A stretch of 64,000 bases of DNA from an uncultured Gammaproteobacteria bacterium. GTDB taxonomy: Bacteria; Patescibacteriota; Patescibacteriia; Patescibacteriales; GWE2-39-37. The DNA lies in assembly GCA_964443495.1 (NCBI GenBank), contig CAYUCS010000001.1, positions 469,496-533,495 of the forward strand, given 5' to 3'. Both the position numbers and the translations under genes were made by a program. Positions 44,162 through 53,165 of this stretch are shown in pieces (the stretch's first letter is position 1; the number at the start of each line of letters is the position of its first letter). The notes under the pieces are model-generated. The model searched no databases. It worked only from the letters and a program-made list of their open reading frames with translations, and was not told the DNA's origin.

Positions 44162-44833
44162 ATGAAATCGACTGAAAAAAACCTATTCATTGCCGTCTGT
44201 TGCATTTTTGTCATGCTTGCCGCCTTTTTTGCTACGGCGTTGATCATGAGCGAGCCCGACATCAAGCAGCCGACTACCGGCAAAAAGCCTGCGAACGACT
44301 TCGCCGCGAAGTCTGAGCGCCTGCCAGATATTTCCCCTAGAGACGGTTTTAACCGCCCCGAGGCGGCTCAGCCAGAAGCGATTTTTGCGAGCACGAGTTC
44401 AGTGACTGTAAACGTCATCAACGGACGCAACCACCCTCGCCCATTATTCTGCCATTTGGCCAAGGGCGGCGTCGATATCCAGACAATACAGGTTGCCGAG
44501 GCTCGCTGCCTTTTCGTGAATCTCAGCCCTGGAACTTACGATGTCGATCTCAATGATGGCGCTACGTCTATCGATCGCCAAACCTTCACCGTACCTAGCG
44601 AGCGTAGCCTATCCTTGACGCTAGTCGCCAATAACCCCAAGACGTTCTGTCGTGATAGCGATAACGGGCTGGCTTACGACCAGGCCGGAATAACTTTTGA
44701 CCAGTACGGCGGAGAATTCGCCGATACCTGCATTTCCGACCGGACCCTGCGCGAATATTATTGCGAGAATAACCAACTCAAACAATCAGACACCACATGC
44801 GACGGCTTGTGCGTCGTAGGTGCCTGTAAATGA
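44162..44833 (+). CDS. Hypothetical anchored/secreted protein with a Cys-rich C-terminus
   Basis: It has an N-terminal TM/signal anchor (LFIAVCCIFVMLAAFFATALI). The C-terminus is FCRDSDNG...YCENN...CDGLCVVGACK. It is ATGA-coupled to the next gene. Confidence 0.55.
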   Translation: MKSTEKNLFIAVCCIFVMLAAFFATALIMSEPDIKQPTTGKKPANDFAAKSERLPDISPRDGFNRPEAAQPEAIFASTSSVTVNVINGRNHPRPLFCHLAKGGVDIQTIQVAEARCLFVNLSPGTYDVDLNDGATSIDRQTFTVPSERSLSLTLVANNPKTFCRDSDNGLAYDQAGITFDQYGGEFADTCISDRTLREYYCENNQLKQSDTTCDGLCVVGACK

Positions 44834-46644
44834 ACAATATGAGCGATCAACCAAACACCGCTTCGGAATCGACTGGCGATGAGCCTGTCAATCCATCCAC
44901 GCCTCCGCCTCCGCCTCCGCCGCCTCCGGACCCAACCAATCCCGGCTTGCCGAAAAACCAGTCGGCTCAGTCGGGTTCCGGTCAGTCGCTGGAAGAGAAT
45001 ATCGGCGCCAAATGGTTCGCCCGTGTCGGCATTATCGTCTTGCTTTTAGGCATTTCATTTTTTCTGAAATACGCTTTCGATAACAATTGGGTGCCACCTG
45101 GCGGCCGAGTACTGATCGGCGTCGCTGTCGGCGGGGTACTCCTGGCATTGGGCGAGAAAACGCGGGCCAAGTACTTTGCCTATAGCCAACTGCTGTCCGG
45201 CGGCGGCTTGTCGGTGATGTACCTGTCGCTGTACGCCGCTTACGATTTCTATCACCTCATCACCCAGGGAGCGGCCTTCGTGGCCATGTCGCTCATCACG
45301 GCGGCCGGTATCGGCTTGAGCGTGCGCATGGACGCCCGCAACCTGGCCATCATGTCGGTGCTTGGCGGCGTCTTGACTCCGTATCTCGTGTCGAGCGGGC
45401 ATAACAACCAAGTGATACTTTTCGTTTATTTGATCATCTTGGACCTGGGCGTACTGGTCACCTCGGTCTTCAAGCACTGGCGTTCGATACAGTATGTCAG
45501 CTTGGCTGGCACCTTCCTTTTGTTCTCCGGATGGTATGATCGATACTATGATTTTACGCAGCTCAAGAGTACTTTCCTGTTCCTGACGATCTTTTTCCTG
45601 ATCTATTCCGTCGCCTTGGTCATCTATAACCTGCTGGAGAAAAAGAAATCAAGCGGCCCTGAACAGGTGCTGACCCTGATTTTGGGCGTCATCTATTTCT
45701 GTATTAGCTACGGCATGCTCGACCCCGAGTATCACAAGCTGATGGGGCTGTTCGCCATCACTCTCGCCGCTTACTACTATATGGGCGCCTATCTGGTCAG
45801 GATGAGCACGCCTGATGATGATAACCTGTATTCCTTCCTGGCCTTCATGTCAGCTTCGGCTGGAAGCTTGGCTATCCCGCTGCAGTTCGAACAGGCGACC
45901 ATCACGATCGGTTGGGCGCTTGAGGCTTCGTTGCTGTTCTTCTTGGCTGCCCGCTTGGGCAAGCGGAGCATCGCCGCTTTCGGCATAGCGATTTATGTCT
46001 TGGCCTTGAGCCGCTATCTTTTTGTCGATATCACCCGCACCCCGGTAATCGTCGATCCGATCGTCAACAAGGCATTCATGGCGGCCGGCTTCCTTATCGC
46101 CACTTCCGTCGCCTCCGCTTGGGCTTTTTTCAAGTCTGCTGCCGTGCCGGAAAAGGATGACGATTGGTTCCACCGCCGGCACTTTATCGTAGCCTTCGTC
46201 TTGGCGGCCAATCTGCTGGCGTTTTTCGCCGGTAATCGCGAGATTACCCATTACTACAACGGCAAGTCGCAAGTCGCGCGTAACGATTACTATCAGCAGC
46301 AGCGTCTGGTGCCGGCTCAGGATTACAAGGCCCGGCTTGAGCAATCCGATGTTTTGAACAAGCAGCTTAAGCGCAATCAAAGCCGCTCGAGCATCGGCTT
46401 GTCGCTCTTCTGGATCCTGCATGCCATCATCATCCTGGCGGCCGGCTTCTTCATCGGCAACAAGGGCTTGCGCGTCGGCGGGCTGATACTTTTGCTCTTG
46501 GCCATCCTGAAGCTGTTCTTCTACGATCTGTGGAATCTCGGCACGCTTTACCGCATCGTCTCAACCATGAGCCTGGGCATAGTGCTGCTCTTGATTTCAT
46601 TCATCTATCAGAAGTACAAGGATAAGATCATGCAGATATTCTGA
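44830..46644 (+). CDS. Polytopic membrane protein, DUF2339-like
   Basis: A Pro-rich N-terminus (PPPPPPPPPDP) is followed by LEENIGAKWFARVGIIVLLLGISFFLKYAF and about 14 TM helices, the pattern I associate with DUF2339. Confidence 0.5.
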   Translation: MNNMSDQPNTASESTGDEPVNPSTPPPPPPPPPDPTNPGLPKNQSAQSGSGQSLEENIGAKWFARVGIIVLLLGISFFLKYAFDNNWVPPGGRVLIGVAVGGVLLALGEKTRAKYFAYSQLLSGGGLSVMYLSLYAAYDFYHLITQGAAFVAMSLITAAGIGLSVRMDARNLAIMSVLGGVLTPYLVSSGHNNQVILFVYLIILDLGVLVTSVFKHWRSIQYVSLAGTFLLFSGWYDRYYDFTQLKSTFLFLTIFFLIYSVALVIYNLLEKKKSSGPEQVLTLILGVIYFCISYGMLDPEYHKLMGLFAITLAAYYYMGAYLVRMSTPDDDNLYSFLAFMSASAGSLAIPLQFEQATITIGWALEASLLFFLAARLGKRSIAAFGIAIYVLALSRYLFVDITRTPVIVDPIVNKAFMAAGFLIATSVASAWAFFKSAAVPEKDDDWFHRRHFIVAFVLAANLLAFFAGNREITHYYNGKSQVARNDYYQQQRLVPAQDYKARLEQSDVLNKQLKRNQSRSSIGLSLFWILHAIIILAAGFFIGNKGLRVGGLILLLLAILKLFFYDLWNLGTLYRIVSTMSLGIVLLLISFIYQKYKDKIMQIF

Positions 46645-46653
46645 TCACATAAT

Positions 46654-46682
46654 AAAAAAGCCGCCATATCGGCGGCTTTTTT
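46654..46682. terminator. Bidirectional terminator (DUF2339-like gene / clpB)
   Basis: An A-run is followed by AGCCGCC (46659-46665) pairing with GGCGGCT (46671-46677), then a T-run. Confidence 0.8.
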
Positions 46683-46697
46683 ATTATGCAAAATCGC

Positions 46698-49334
46698 TTA
46701 TTTGACTGCCAGGGTGACCTCGTCCTTGACGCTCAAGTCGATGACCACCTCTTGTCCTTCCTTGACTTTGCCCTCGATGATTTCCATGGCGAGCTCATCA
46801 AGTATCTTGTTCTGGATGATGCGCTTCAGGGGGCGGGCGCCGAACGTCGGATCATAGCCCTTCTCGGCCAGCATCTTCTTGACCTTCGGAGCGACCCTGA
46901 TAGTGATTTCCTTGTTCTTGAGGCGCTCCGCGACCTTGTGTATCTCAAGATCGACGATTCGCGACAGGGCTTCCTTGGAAAGGCTGCGGAAAATCAGGAT
47001 TTCGTCGATGCGGTTCAAGAACTCGAGCTTGAAATGCTCGCGCAGGATCTTGTCTATCTTTTCCCGCATCTCCTCGTCGCGCCATTTTTCTTCTTCCTGC
47101 TTGGTGCCGATGTCGGAAAAGCCCATGGTGTGCTCGCGTATCACCTCGTTGCCGAGGTTCGAAGTCATGATGATGATCGTGTTCTTGAAGTTGACAGTGC
47201 GGCCTTTGGAATCGGTCAGCTGGCCGTCGTCCAGGATTTGCAGCATGGAGTTGAAGACCTCCGGATGCGCCTTTTCGACTTCGTCGAAGAGGATGACAGA
47301 GTAAGGGCGGCGCCGGACGCGTTCAGTCAGCTGCCCGCCTTCGTCATAGCCGACGTAGCCGGGAGGGGAACCGATGAATTTGGCGACCGAATGCTTTTCC
47401 ATGAATTCGCTCATGTCGATGCGGATCATGGCTTGGCGGTCATTGAACATGAATTCTGCCAGGGCCTTAGCTAGCTCGGTCTTGCCGACGCCGGTGGGGC
47501 CGACAAAGAGGAAGGAGCCGATCGGCTTCTTTTCCTCGGCGATGCCGGCGCGGGAACGGCGCAGGGCGTTGGAGAGGCGCTTGATCGCCTCGTCCTGGCC
47601 CACGACCTGCTTGCCCAGCTCGTGTTCGGCCTTGGTCAGCTTGTGCATCTCGCTCTCGAGCATCTTGGCCACCGGGATGCCGGTCCAGCGGGAGACGGCC
47701 TTGGCAATGTCTTCCTCATCGATCTCTTCCTTGAGGATGCGCTGGCCGTTCTGCTGTATCTTCATCAGGATCGTTTCCTGTTTCTTGATTTCTTTTTCCA
47801 GGTTAGGGATGCGGCTGTAGCGGATCTCGGCGACCTGGGTCAGGTCGTCGCCGCGCCGCTCGATGATTTCGGCTTGCGATTTCAATTCGTCGATATTTTT
47901 CTTGGACTCGCGGATCTTGCTGATGGCCTCCTTCTCGTTCTGCCAGTGCAGCTCGAGCTGGTTGGCGGTTTCGCGATGCTGGGCCAGCTCCTTGTTGATC
48001 TGGCGCAGCTTGTAGGATGACTTCTTTTCTTTCGATAGGCCGGCCTTGGCAATCTCGAGGCGTTTGATTTCGCGCTTCAAGTCGTCCAGCTCCTGCGGGC
48101 TGGAGTCGATCTCGAGGCGCAGGGAAGAGGCGGCCTCATCCATGAGATCAACGGCCTTGTCGGGCAGGAAACGGTCGGAAATGTAACGGGAAGAGAGCTT
48201 GACTGCCGCTATCAAGGCATCATCGGTGATGCGAACGCCGTGGTGGATCTCGTATTTTTCCTTGATGCCGCGGAGGATGGCGATGGCATCATCTTGGTTC
48301 GGTTCGGTGACGAAAATCGGCTGGAAACGTCGCTCAAGAGCAGCGTCCTTTTCTATGTATTTTTGATATTCCTTGGTGGTAGTCGCGCCGATGGCATGGA
48401 GTTCGCCGCGGGCCAGGGCCGGTTTGAGCATGTTGGAAGCATCCATGGCGCCCTCGGAAGCGCCGGCGCCGACCAGCGTATGCAGTTCGTCGATGAAGAG
48501 GATGATCTTGCCGGATTGGCTCTGGACTTCTTTCAGGACGGCCTTCAGGCGGTCCTCGAATTCGCCGCGGAACTTAGCACCCGCAATCAAGCCGGCTAGG
48601 TCTAGCGAGACCAGCTCTTTGCCTTTGAGCGTCTCAGGCACGTCGCCGGCGACGATGCGCTGGGCCAGGCCCTCTACGATGGCGGTCTTGCCGGTACCGG
48701 CTTCGCCGATCAGTACGGGGTTGTTCTTGGTGCGGCGGGAAAGGATTTGCATGATGCGCCTGATTTCCTCATCGCGGCCGATGACCGGATCGAGCTTTTC
48801 GGCTCGGGCTAAAGCGGTCAGGTTGACCGTGTATTTTTCCAGGGTCTTGTATTTTGTTTCCGGATCCGGGTCGGTAATCTTCTGGCTGCCGCGCAATTCG
48901 GTCATGATTTTCAAAAAGGAGTCATAATCGACGCCCATGTCCTTGAGCAGCTTCTGAGCCTTGGATTTGACATTGACCATGGCGGCCAGGATGTGCTCGG
49001 TCGAGATGAATTCGTCTCCGAAATTATCCGCTTCCTGCTTTGCATTCTCAAGGATCATCGCCACTTCGGGCGTGCCTTGGACGGTGCCGACGTTGGCCTG
49101 GGTCTCGATTTTCGGCAGGCGGTCAAGCTCGTCATTCAACCGTCGTTCTAGCTCGCGCGGGCTGATCTTGAGCTTTTCCAAAACCGGCCGGACCAGGCTC
49201 TCGCTCTGCTCGAGCAGGGCAGCCAGGAGGTGCAGCGCTTCGATCTGCTGCTGGCCGTTCTCTTGGGCGATCATCTGAGCGTTGATGATCGCCTCTTGGG
49301 ACTTATGGGTGAATTTATCAAACATATTGTTCAT
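46698..49334 (-). CDS. clpB: ATP-dependent chaperone ClpB
   Basis: This is an 878-aa ORF with Clp N-terminal repeats and two Walker A sites ([30 protein letters not shown]). A long middle coiled coil lies between the two AAA modules. Confidence 0.92.
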   Translation of the reverse strand: MNNMFDKFTHKSQEAIINAQMIAQENGQQQIEALHLLAALLEQSESLVRPVLEKLKISPRELERRLNDELDRLPKIETQANVGTVQGTPEVAMILENAKQEADNFGDEFISTEHILAAMVNVKSKAQKLLKDMGVDYDSFLKIMTELRGSQKITDPDPETKYKTLEKYTVNLTALARAEKLDPVIGRDEEIRRIMQILSRRTKNNPVLIGEAGTGKTAIVEGLAQRIVAGDVPETLKGKELVSLDLAGLIAGAKFRGEFEDRLKAVLKEVQSQSGKIILFIDELHTLVGAGASEGAMDASNMLKPALARGELHAIGATTTKEYQKYIEKDAALERRFQPIFVTEPNQDDAIAILRGIKEKYEIHHGVRITDDALIAAVKLSSRYISDRFLPDKAVDLMDEAASSLRLEIDSSPQELDDLKREIKRLEIAKAGLSKEKKSSYKLRQINKELAQHRETANQLELHWQNEKEAISKIRESKKNIDELKSQAEIIERRGDDLTQVAEIRYSRIPNLEKEIKKQETILMKIQQNGQRILKEEIDEEDIAKAVSRWTGIPVAKMLESEMHKLTKAEHELGKQVVGQDEAIKRLSNALRRSRAGIAEEKKPIGSFLFVGPTGVGKTELAKALAEFMFNDRQAMIRIDMSEFMEKHSVAKFIGSPPGYVGYDEGGQLTERVRRRPYSVILFDEVEKAHPEVFNSMLQILDDGQLTDSKGRTVNFKNTIIIMTSNLGNEVIREHTMGFSDIGTKQEEEKWRDEEMREKIDKILREHFKLEFLNRIDEILIFRSLSKEALSRIVDLEIHKVAERLKNKEITIRVAPKVKKMLAEKGYDPTFGARPLKRIIQNKILDELAMEIIEGKVKEGQEVVIDLSVKDEVTLAVK

Positions 49335-49410
49335 ATTTTTTTATTTAAGACCGTTCATGACCGCTTCATGGAAGCTGATGATGAACTGGCAGCTTACGTG
49401 CTGCCGGTAG

Positions 49411-49437
49411 TTAGCACTCTGTTACTTTGACTGCTAA
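49411..49437. promoter_or_regulatory. CIRCE (HrcA operator) upstream of clpB
   Basis: TTAGCACTC-tgttacttt-GACTGCTAA differs from the consensus TTAGCACTC-N9-GAGTGCTAA at one position. It lies just downstream of the clpB promoter. Confidence 0.75.
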
Positions 49438-49441
49438 TTTA

Positions 49442-49470
49442 ACTATATGAGATACTTTTATTATTGTCAA
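49442..49470 (-). promoter_or_regulatory. Sigma70-type promoter of clpB
   Basis: On the minus strand TTGACA lies at 49470-49465, then a 17-nt spacer, then TATAGT at 49447-49442. Confidence 0.65.
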
Positions 49471-49483
49471 GAAACGGCATTAA

Positions 49484-49518
49484 GAAAAAAGTAAGGCGCC
49501 TGATGATCCAGGCGCCTT
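49484..49518 (-). terminator. Terminator of the hotdog-gene pair
   Basis: AAGGCGCCTG (49493-49502) pairs with CAGGCGCCTT (49509-49518). The T-run on the minus strand corresponds to the A-run at 49484-49490. Confidence 0.8.
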
Positions 49519-49540
49519 GCATGGGCGCGACGCGTAAGCG

Positions 49541-50071
49541 TCAGTTCTTTTTGAGATGGGAATCCCGCTTCATGCCCGTGATGGCGGAGAATTCGGCGAC
49601 GGTCTGCTCTTTGCCGGCGACGAATTTGGTGATCTTGGCATCGCAGGAGAAGGAGCGGGAGCGGTCGTCGACGTTGGAGCAGGTGATGAAGAGGATGTCG
49701 TAAGGCTTGGCCTTGTTGCGGATTTTCTTGCCGTTGTCCATGTAGATCTGGGGCATGATTTCCGGCCGGCCGTTGAGCAGGTAGTACAACATAGCCGCCG
49801 CCAGGTTGGCCATTTCGGACAGGATGTGTCCCGGGCAAGTCGGATCGCCCGGAAAGTGGCCGGCGAAGAAGGGGTCCTCTGGACGGAGGAAGCGGACGGC
49901 CGTAGCAGTCTTGGCTTCGCGGTCGAATCCGACCATCCCGTCGATGAGGCCCAGGGCGGGGAAATCGTGGGGCAGGATGCCTGCCGTCTTGATGCCGAGG
50001 CTGTTCAGGGTAATCTTCGTGGCGGTTCCTTCTGACGGTTCTTCGACTTCCAGGAAATTGAATTCTTGCAT
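49541..50071 (-). CDS. FabZ-like hotdog-fold dehydratase homolog (single domain)
   Basis: LPHDFPALGLIDGMVGFD and FFAGHFPGDPTCPGHILSEMANLAAA match the FabZ/FabA active-site region. I use the ATG at 50071 behind AAAGGAGAA; the tracked ORF starts at 50122. Confidence 0.6.
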   Translation of the reverse strand: MQEFNFLEVEEPSEGTATKITLNSLGIKTAGILPHDFPALGLIDGMVGFDREAKTATAVRFLRPEDPFFAGHFPGDPTCPGHILSEMANLAAAMLYYLLNGRPEIMPQIYMDNGKKIRNKAKPYDILFITCSNVDDRSRSFSCDAKITKFVAGKEQTVAEFSAITGMKRDSHLKKN

Positions 50072-50147
50072 AACATATTCTCCTTTGCGGGGCGATTGTC
50101 GAGCTTGGGGTGGATGTTGCAAAGCCGATACGCGGCCATGGTGACGT

Positions 50148-51143
50148 TCAACGCGGCGCCAGGGTGATTTTGCCGATCCTGGCCGCGATGCCGCCCTTCT
50201 TGTCGGTTACGACGGCGGAGCAGGCGAAATCGCTATTGCCCATGTCATCATCGGTGCAGGTGAGGTGGAGTATTTCTCCGGGCAGGATCGGGCGCAGGAA
50301 GGAAACCTTCTCGGTAACGCTCGGAAGTTGGGCGCCTTCGTTTTCTCCGCCTAGGCAGTGGCGGAAGACGGCGGCGGTCAGATAGCACATTTCAAGGATG
50401 AAGTTGGGCAGGCAGACTTTGGAGCCGTTGAAGTAGACTCCTGAGTCGGACAGGTTCCTGACAGCCGTGATGCTGGTCGGAGTGCCGCCCCGATTGACGT
50501 AACTGATGATGCCGTCGATCAGCATGGAGGCGCCGCCATGGGGCAGGATTTTCTTTTCCCAGATGTTCTGGCGGTCCAGCAGTGTCCCGGCGTAATCATG
50601 GTACTTGAATTCGGGGTAGCTTGTCGGGTCGCCGTTCTTCTCAGCGCAATTTTCATAGCTGCTTAGCGAGATTGCCAGCCCGTCGAAAGTGGCGACTGTC
50701 TTGCCTCGCTGGTTCTTGACCAGGACGGTGCAAGAAAACGAATGCCCGATAATTTCCGGGTCGATGCAGGTGAGGTACAGCGTATCGCCGGGCTTGGCCG
50801 GGTTGCGGTTAGTGATCTTGTCTACCGAGAGGGAATCGGGGATGCCGATAGCGCGTCCATAGAGGCAGAAATAGAACAAGCAGACGGTCTGGTAAGCCAT
50901 GAGCAACATGTAGTGCCGGGGCATGACCGGGTTACCGGGAAAGTGTCCTTCGAAGTACTGGCCTTGATCGGACAGTTGCCGGTAAGCTGTAATACTGACG
51001 CCATCTTCAGTGCGGGGGTGAAATTCCAAGACTCCATCGATCATCATATTGGAGCCGCCTTCGGCCAGGATGCCCTTATTCACGATACTGTTGCGTTCAA
51101 GATCCACTCCGTTCACTTTGGCATAAACCGGGTTCTTGTGCAT
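50148..51143 (-). CDS. Tandem (double) hotdog-fold protein: FabZ-like N-domain plus His-less C-domain
   Basis: Domain 1 has YFEGHFPGNPVMPRHYML. Domain 2 aligns to it (ILPHGGASMLIDGIISY ... VYFNGSKVCLPNFILEM), but NGSK replaces GHFPG. An AAGGAGA SD sits upstream. Confidence 0.6.
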   Translation of the reverse strand: MHKNPVYAKVNGVDLERNSIVNKGILAEGGSNMMIDGVLEFHPRTEDGVSITAYRQLSDQGQYFEGHFPGNPVMPRHYMLLMAYQTVCLFYFCLYGRAIGIPDSLSVDKITNRNPAKPGDTLYLTCIDPEIIGHSFSCTVLVKNQRGKTVATFDGLAISLSSYENCAEKNGDPTSYPEFKYHDYAGTLLDRQNIWEKKILPHGGASMLIDGIISYVNRGGTPTSITAVRNLSDSGVYFNGSKVCLPNFILEMCYLTAAVFRHCLGGENEGAQLPSVTEKVSFLRPILPGEILHLTCTDDDMGNSDFACSAVVTDKKGGIAARIGKITLAPR

Positions 51144-51248
51144 GACATTTCTCCTTGTTTGGAAATGAATCCGCGAAGCGGGTTGATTTAAAGATCAAAG
51201 AATGAATATATTTAAACACGTTATTTGCCAATTCGTCAATAGTGATAA

Positions 51249-51278
51249 CAAAAAAAGCCCCCGATTAGTTCGGGGGCT
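51249..51278 (-). terminator. Terminator between the 536-aa gene and the hotdog genes
   Basis: AGCCCCCG (51256-51263) pairs with CGGGGGCT (51271-51278). The minus-strand T-run corresponds to the A-run at 51249-51256. Confidence 0.75.
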
Positions 51279-51301
51279 TGGAAGGTGCGTTTTTGCCGCG
51301 A

Positions 51302-52912
51302 TTAGGCGGCGAGTCTGCGTTCAATGAACGTGGGTTGATGAACCGGGACATCACCTCCTTTGTTTTTCTTTATTAGAAAAGGGATAGCTTTGCTGCGGTC
51401 CTCCGCGTTTGAGCGTGGATTGCTCATAATGAGTTCCGCGGCGCGCGAAACCAGTTCGGCCTGTTCGGCACTGGTAAGGTCGAAGTAGTCCGGGTACTCG
51501 CAGATCACCACGAGGTTGGTGTTGTGATGGTGCTGCTCGATAATCTCTTTCATGGCGGCGGTGATTTTTGTCGGGTAGCTATTGAAGGCCACCAAATGAT
51601 TGAGCACCGTGCTCCAGGTTGACTCGGCGTAGTTCTTGGGTAGGCTGCGGGAAAATTCCCGCATGAATTCATATGCCTTGTTTTCCCACTCGGCAGAGCC
51701 TTGAATCGACAGGACCTTGTCGATAAAGTCAGCCTTCTTCATCTTGAGGTTGCGCATGTCCAGATGGGCGTGGTAACCGTTGATGATGGAAGCCGCTTCT
51801 TCCGACAGGAAGTCGAAGAGCTGGCCGTTGAGCCGGTCGGTGATGCATGCGGTGTTTTCCAGGAATATGCGGACGAGTTCCTGATCTGAGCGGCGGCTGA
51901 GCTGGCCGTAGAGTTCGACTACGAGGTCGGCTTGTTCCTGGTCGTCAGTGACTCCCAGTTCCTTGGCTTTCAACAGCATGTCGGAAAGCTTAGGAAAAGC
52001 TCCGACTCCCAAAGTAGCGGTTTGCCAGGAGGGAGAAGTCCTGAGCTCTTCCTTGAAAGCGTTCCAAAAGATGGTTCTGCTTTCCGGCTGGCAATAGCGC
52101 AGCAGTAGGAACAGCCCGCGAAGCCTGGAGATTCCGGTCCAGCCTCCGATTTCGCCAGAAAGCCTGGCGATAACCTGCGACTGGAAGCTGTCCAGTTCCT
52201 TCGCGCCCTCGATGAGGGTCTTGTAGTGATCGAAGCTGTGCCTGGTCTCGTCGCTTTCCAGGACGATCCGGCCGATTTCCTCACGGGAAAACAGTGCGGA
52301 CTGGTGCTCGTTGAAACCGAGGCGCCAGTAGGCAGCGGCGTAGTCGGCAGTCTTGAGGCTGCCGTCCAGGTGAAGGCGATCGAACGCCCAGGCCATAACC
52401 TTGCTGCCGGTGCCCATCGTAAAAGCGTGACGGAGAGCTTTCTCCCTGAAGCCATGCATGGTGGCATAGCGCAGGGTTTGGGCGGGACGGTGGAAAAGTT
52501 CGCCGTACCACGTTTCGGGGCCGATGATGCCGCGGCAATCGTCACGGTTGAAGCGGATAGACCACAGCTTGTGGGGGTGCTTCGCTTTGACGATTTTTTC
52601 GGCGATCACACGCTGTTTTTTGGTGCCGTAGATGGCCGGGACGTACAGGTCGCAGAAACGGAACCCTTTGTCAGCGATCAGGCGCCAGGCGGCAACGATC
52701 TGCTTGCGGTCAAGGCAATTGCCAGCGAACGTTTCATAAAGAAGGAGGTCGGGGCTGACTGTGGCGCCTTTGGCGTATTGGATAGCGCTTTCCAGGCAGG
52801 CGATGGTTTTGGCGTTCAGGCTGGGGCGGTAATGAATGGTCATCTCCGTGTCTCCTTTCGGGTTGCTGGTTGTTGAGGTTTGGTTGCTGTCATGGGCTTC
52901 GATTTTCTTCAC
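51302..52912 (-). CDS. Hypothetical protein (about 536 aa), no recognised domain
   Basis: I chose the GTG at 52912, 6 nt behind AAGGAGA. An in-frame ATG at 52843 also has an SD. The tracked start at 53050 lies inside the promoter. The sequence looks largely helical, and I found no motif. Confidence 0.6.
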   Translation of the reverse strand: MKKIEAHDSNQTSTTSNPKGDTEMTIHYRPSLNAKTIACLESAIQYAKGATVSPDLLLYETFAGNCLDRKQIVAAWRLIADKGFRFCDLYVPAIYGTKKQRVIAEKIVKAKHPHKLWSIRFNRDDCRGIIGPETWYGELFHRPAQTLRYATMHGFREKALRHAFTMGTGSKVMAWAFDRLHLDGSLKTADYAAAYWRLGFNEHQSALFSREEIGRIVLESDETRHSFDHYKTLIEGAKELDSFQSQVIARLSGEIGGWTGISRLRGLFLLLRYCQPESRTIFWNAFKEELRTSPSWQTATLGVGAFPKLSDMLLKAKELGVTDDQEQADLVVELYGQLSRRSDQELVRIFLENTACITDRLNGQLFDFLSEEAASIINGYHAHLDMRNLKMKKADFIDKVLSIQGSAEWENKAYEFMREFSRSLPKNYAESTWSTVLNHLVAFNSYPTKITAAMKEIIEQHHHNTNLVVICEYPDYFDLTSAEQAELVSRAAELIMSNPRSNAEDRSKAIPFLIKKNKGGDVPVHQPTFIERRLAA

Positions 52913-53029
52913 GGCAAGTCTCCTTTTCTCAAATGAGTTGGCATGATGCCAAGTTGGAGGGCGGTTTGATTCATTTATGGGGTTGTCAATGTCCCTTAAG
53001 CTTATATGGAATATAACCTTAAACATTCT

Positions 53030-53058
53030 ATTATACCTTATTTTTGACAAATTGTCAA
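53030..53058 (-). promoter_or_regulatory. Consensus promoter for the 536-aa gene
   Basis: On the minus strand TTGACA lies at 53058-53053, then a 17-nt spacer, then TATAAT at 53035-53030. Both hexamers match the consensus exactly. Confidence 0.7.
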
Positions 53059-53072
53059 CATTCTGGTGTAAT
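53044..53072 (+). promoter_or_regulatory. Divergent promoter for the WecG-Nudix/gltX operon
   Basis: TTGACA lies at 53044-53049, then a 17-nt spacer, then TGTAAT at 53067-53072. Its -35 and the opposing -35 together form the palindrome TTGACAAATTGTCAA (53044-53058). Confidence 0.5.
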
Positions 53073-53165
53073 CAAGCTAAAATAGCGTTGGATTTAAACA
53101 AAAAAAAGGGCCTGGCAGGCTTGTTTTTTGGCTTTTATTAGTCTATAATTCAAATACCTACCCAT

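Noticed and set aside
44881-44935. The CCTCCGCCTCCGCCTCCGCCGCCTCCG run, and similar Pro-codon runs at 13130-13260, considered as possible tandem or CRISPR-like repeats.
   Set aside because: They are in-frame poly-proline linkers inside well-supported ORFs. They have no spacer-repeat architecture. I saw no CRISPR array anywhere in the window.
53081-53140. A hairpin-like A-run/GCCT-ggc-AGGC/T-run in the leader of the WecG-Nudix gene, considered as a possible attenuator.
   Set aside because: The GC stem is only 4 bp with a 3-nt loop, which is too weak to call.
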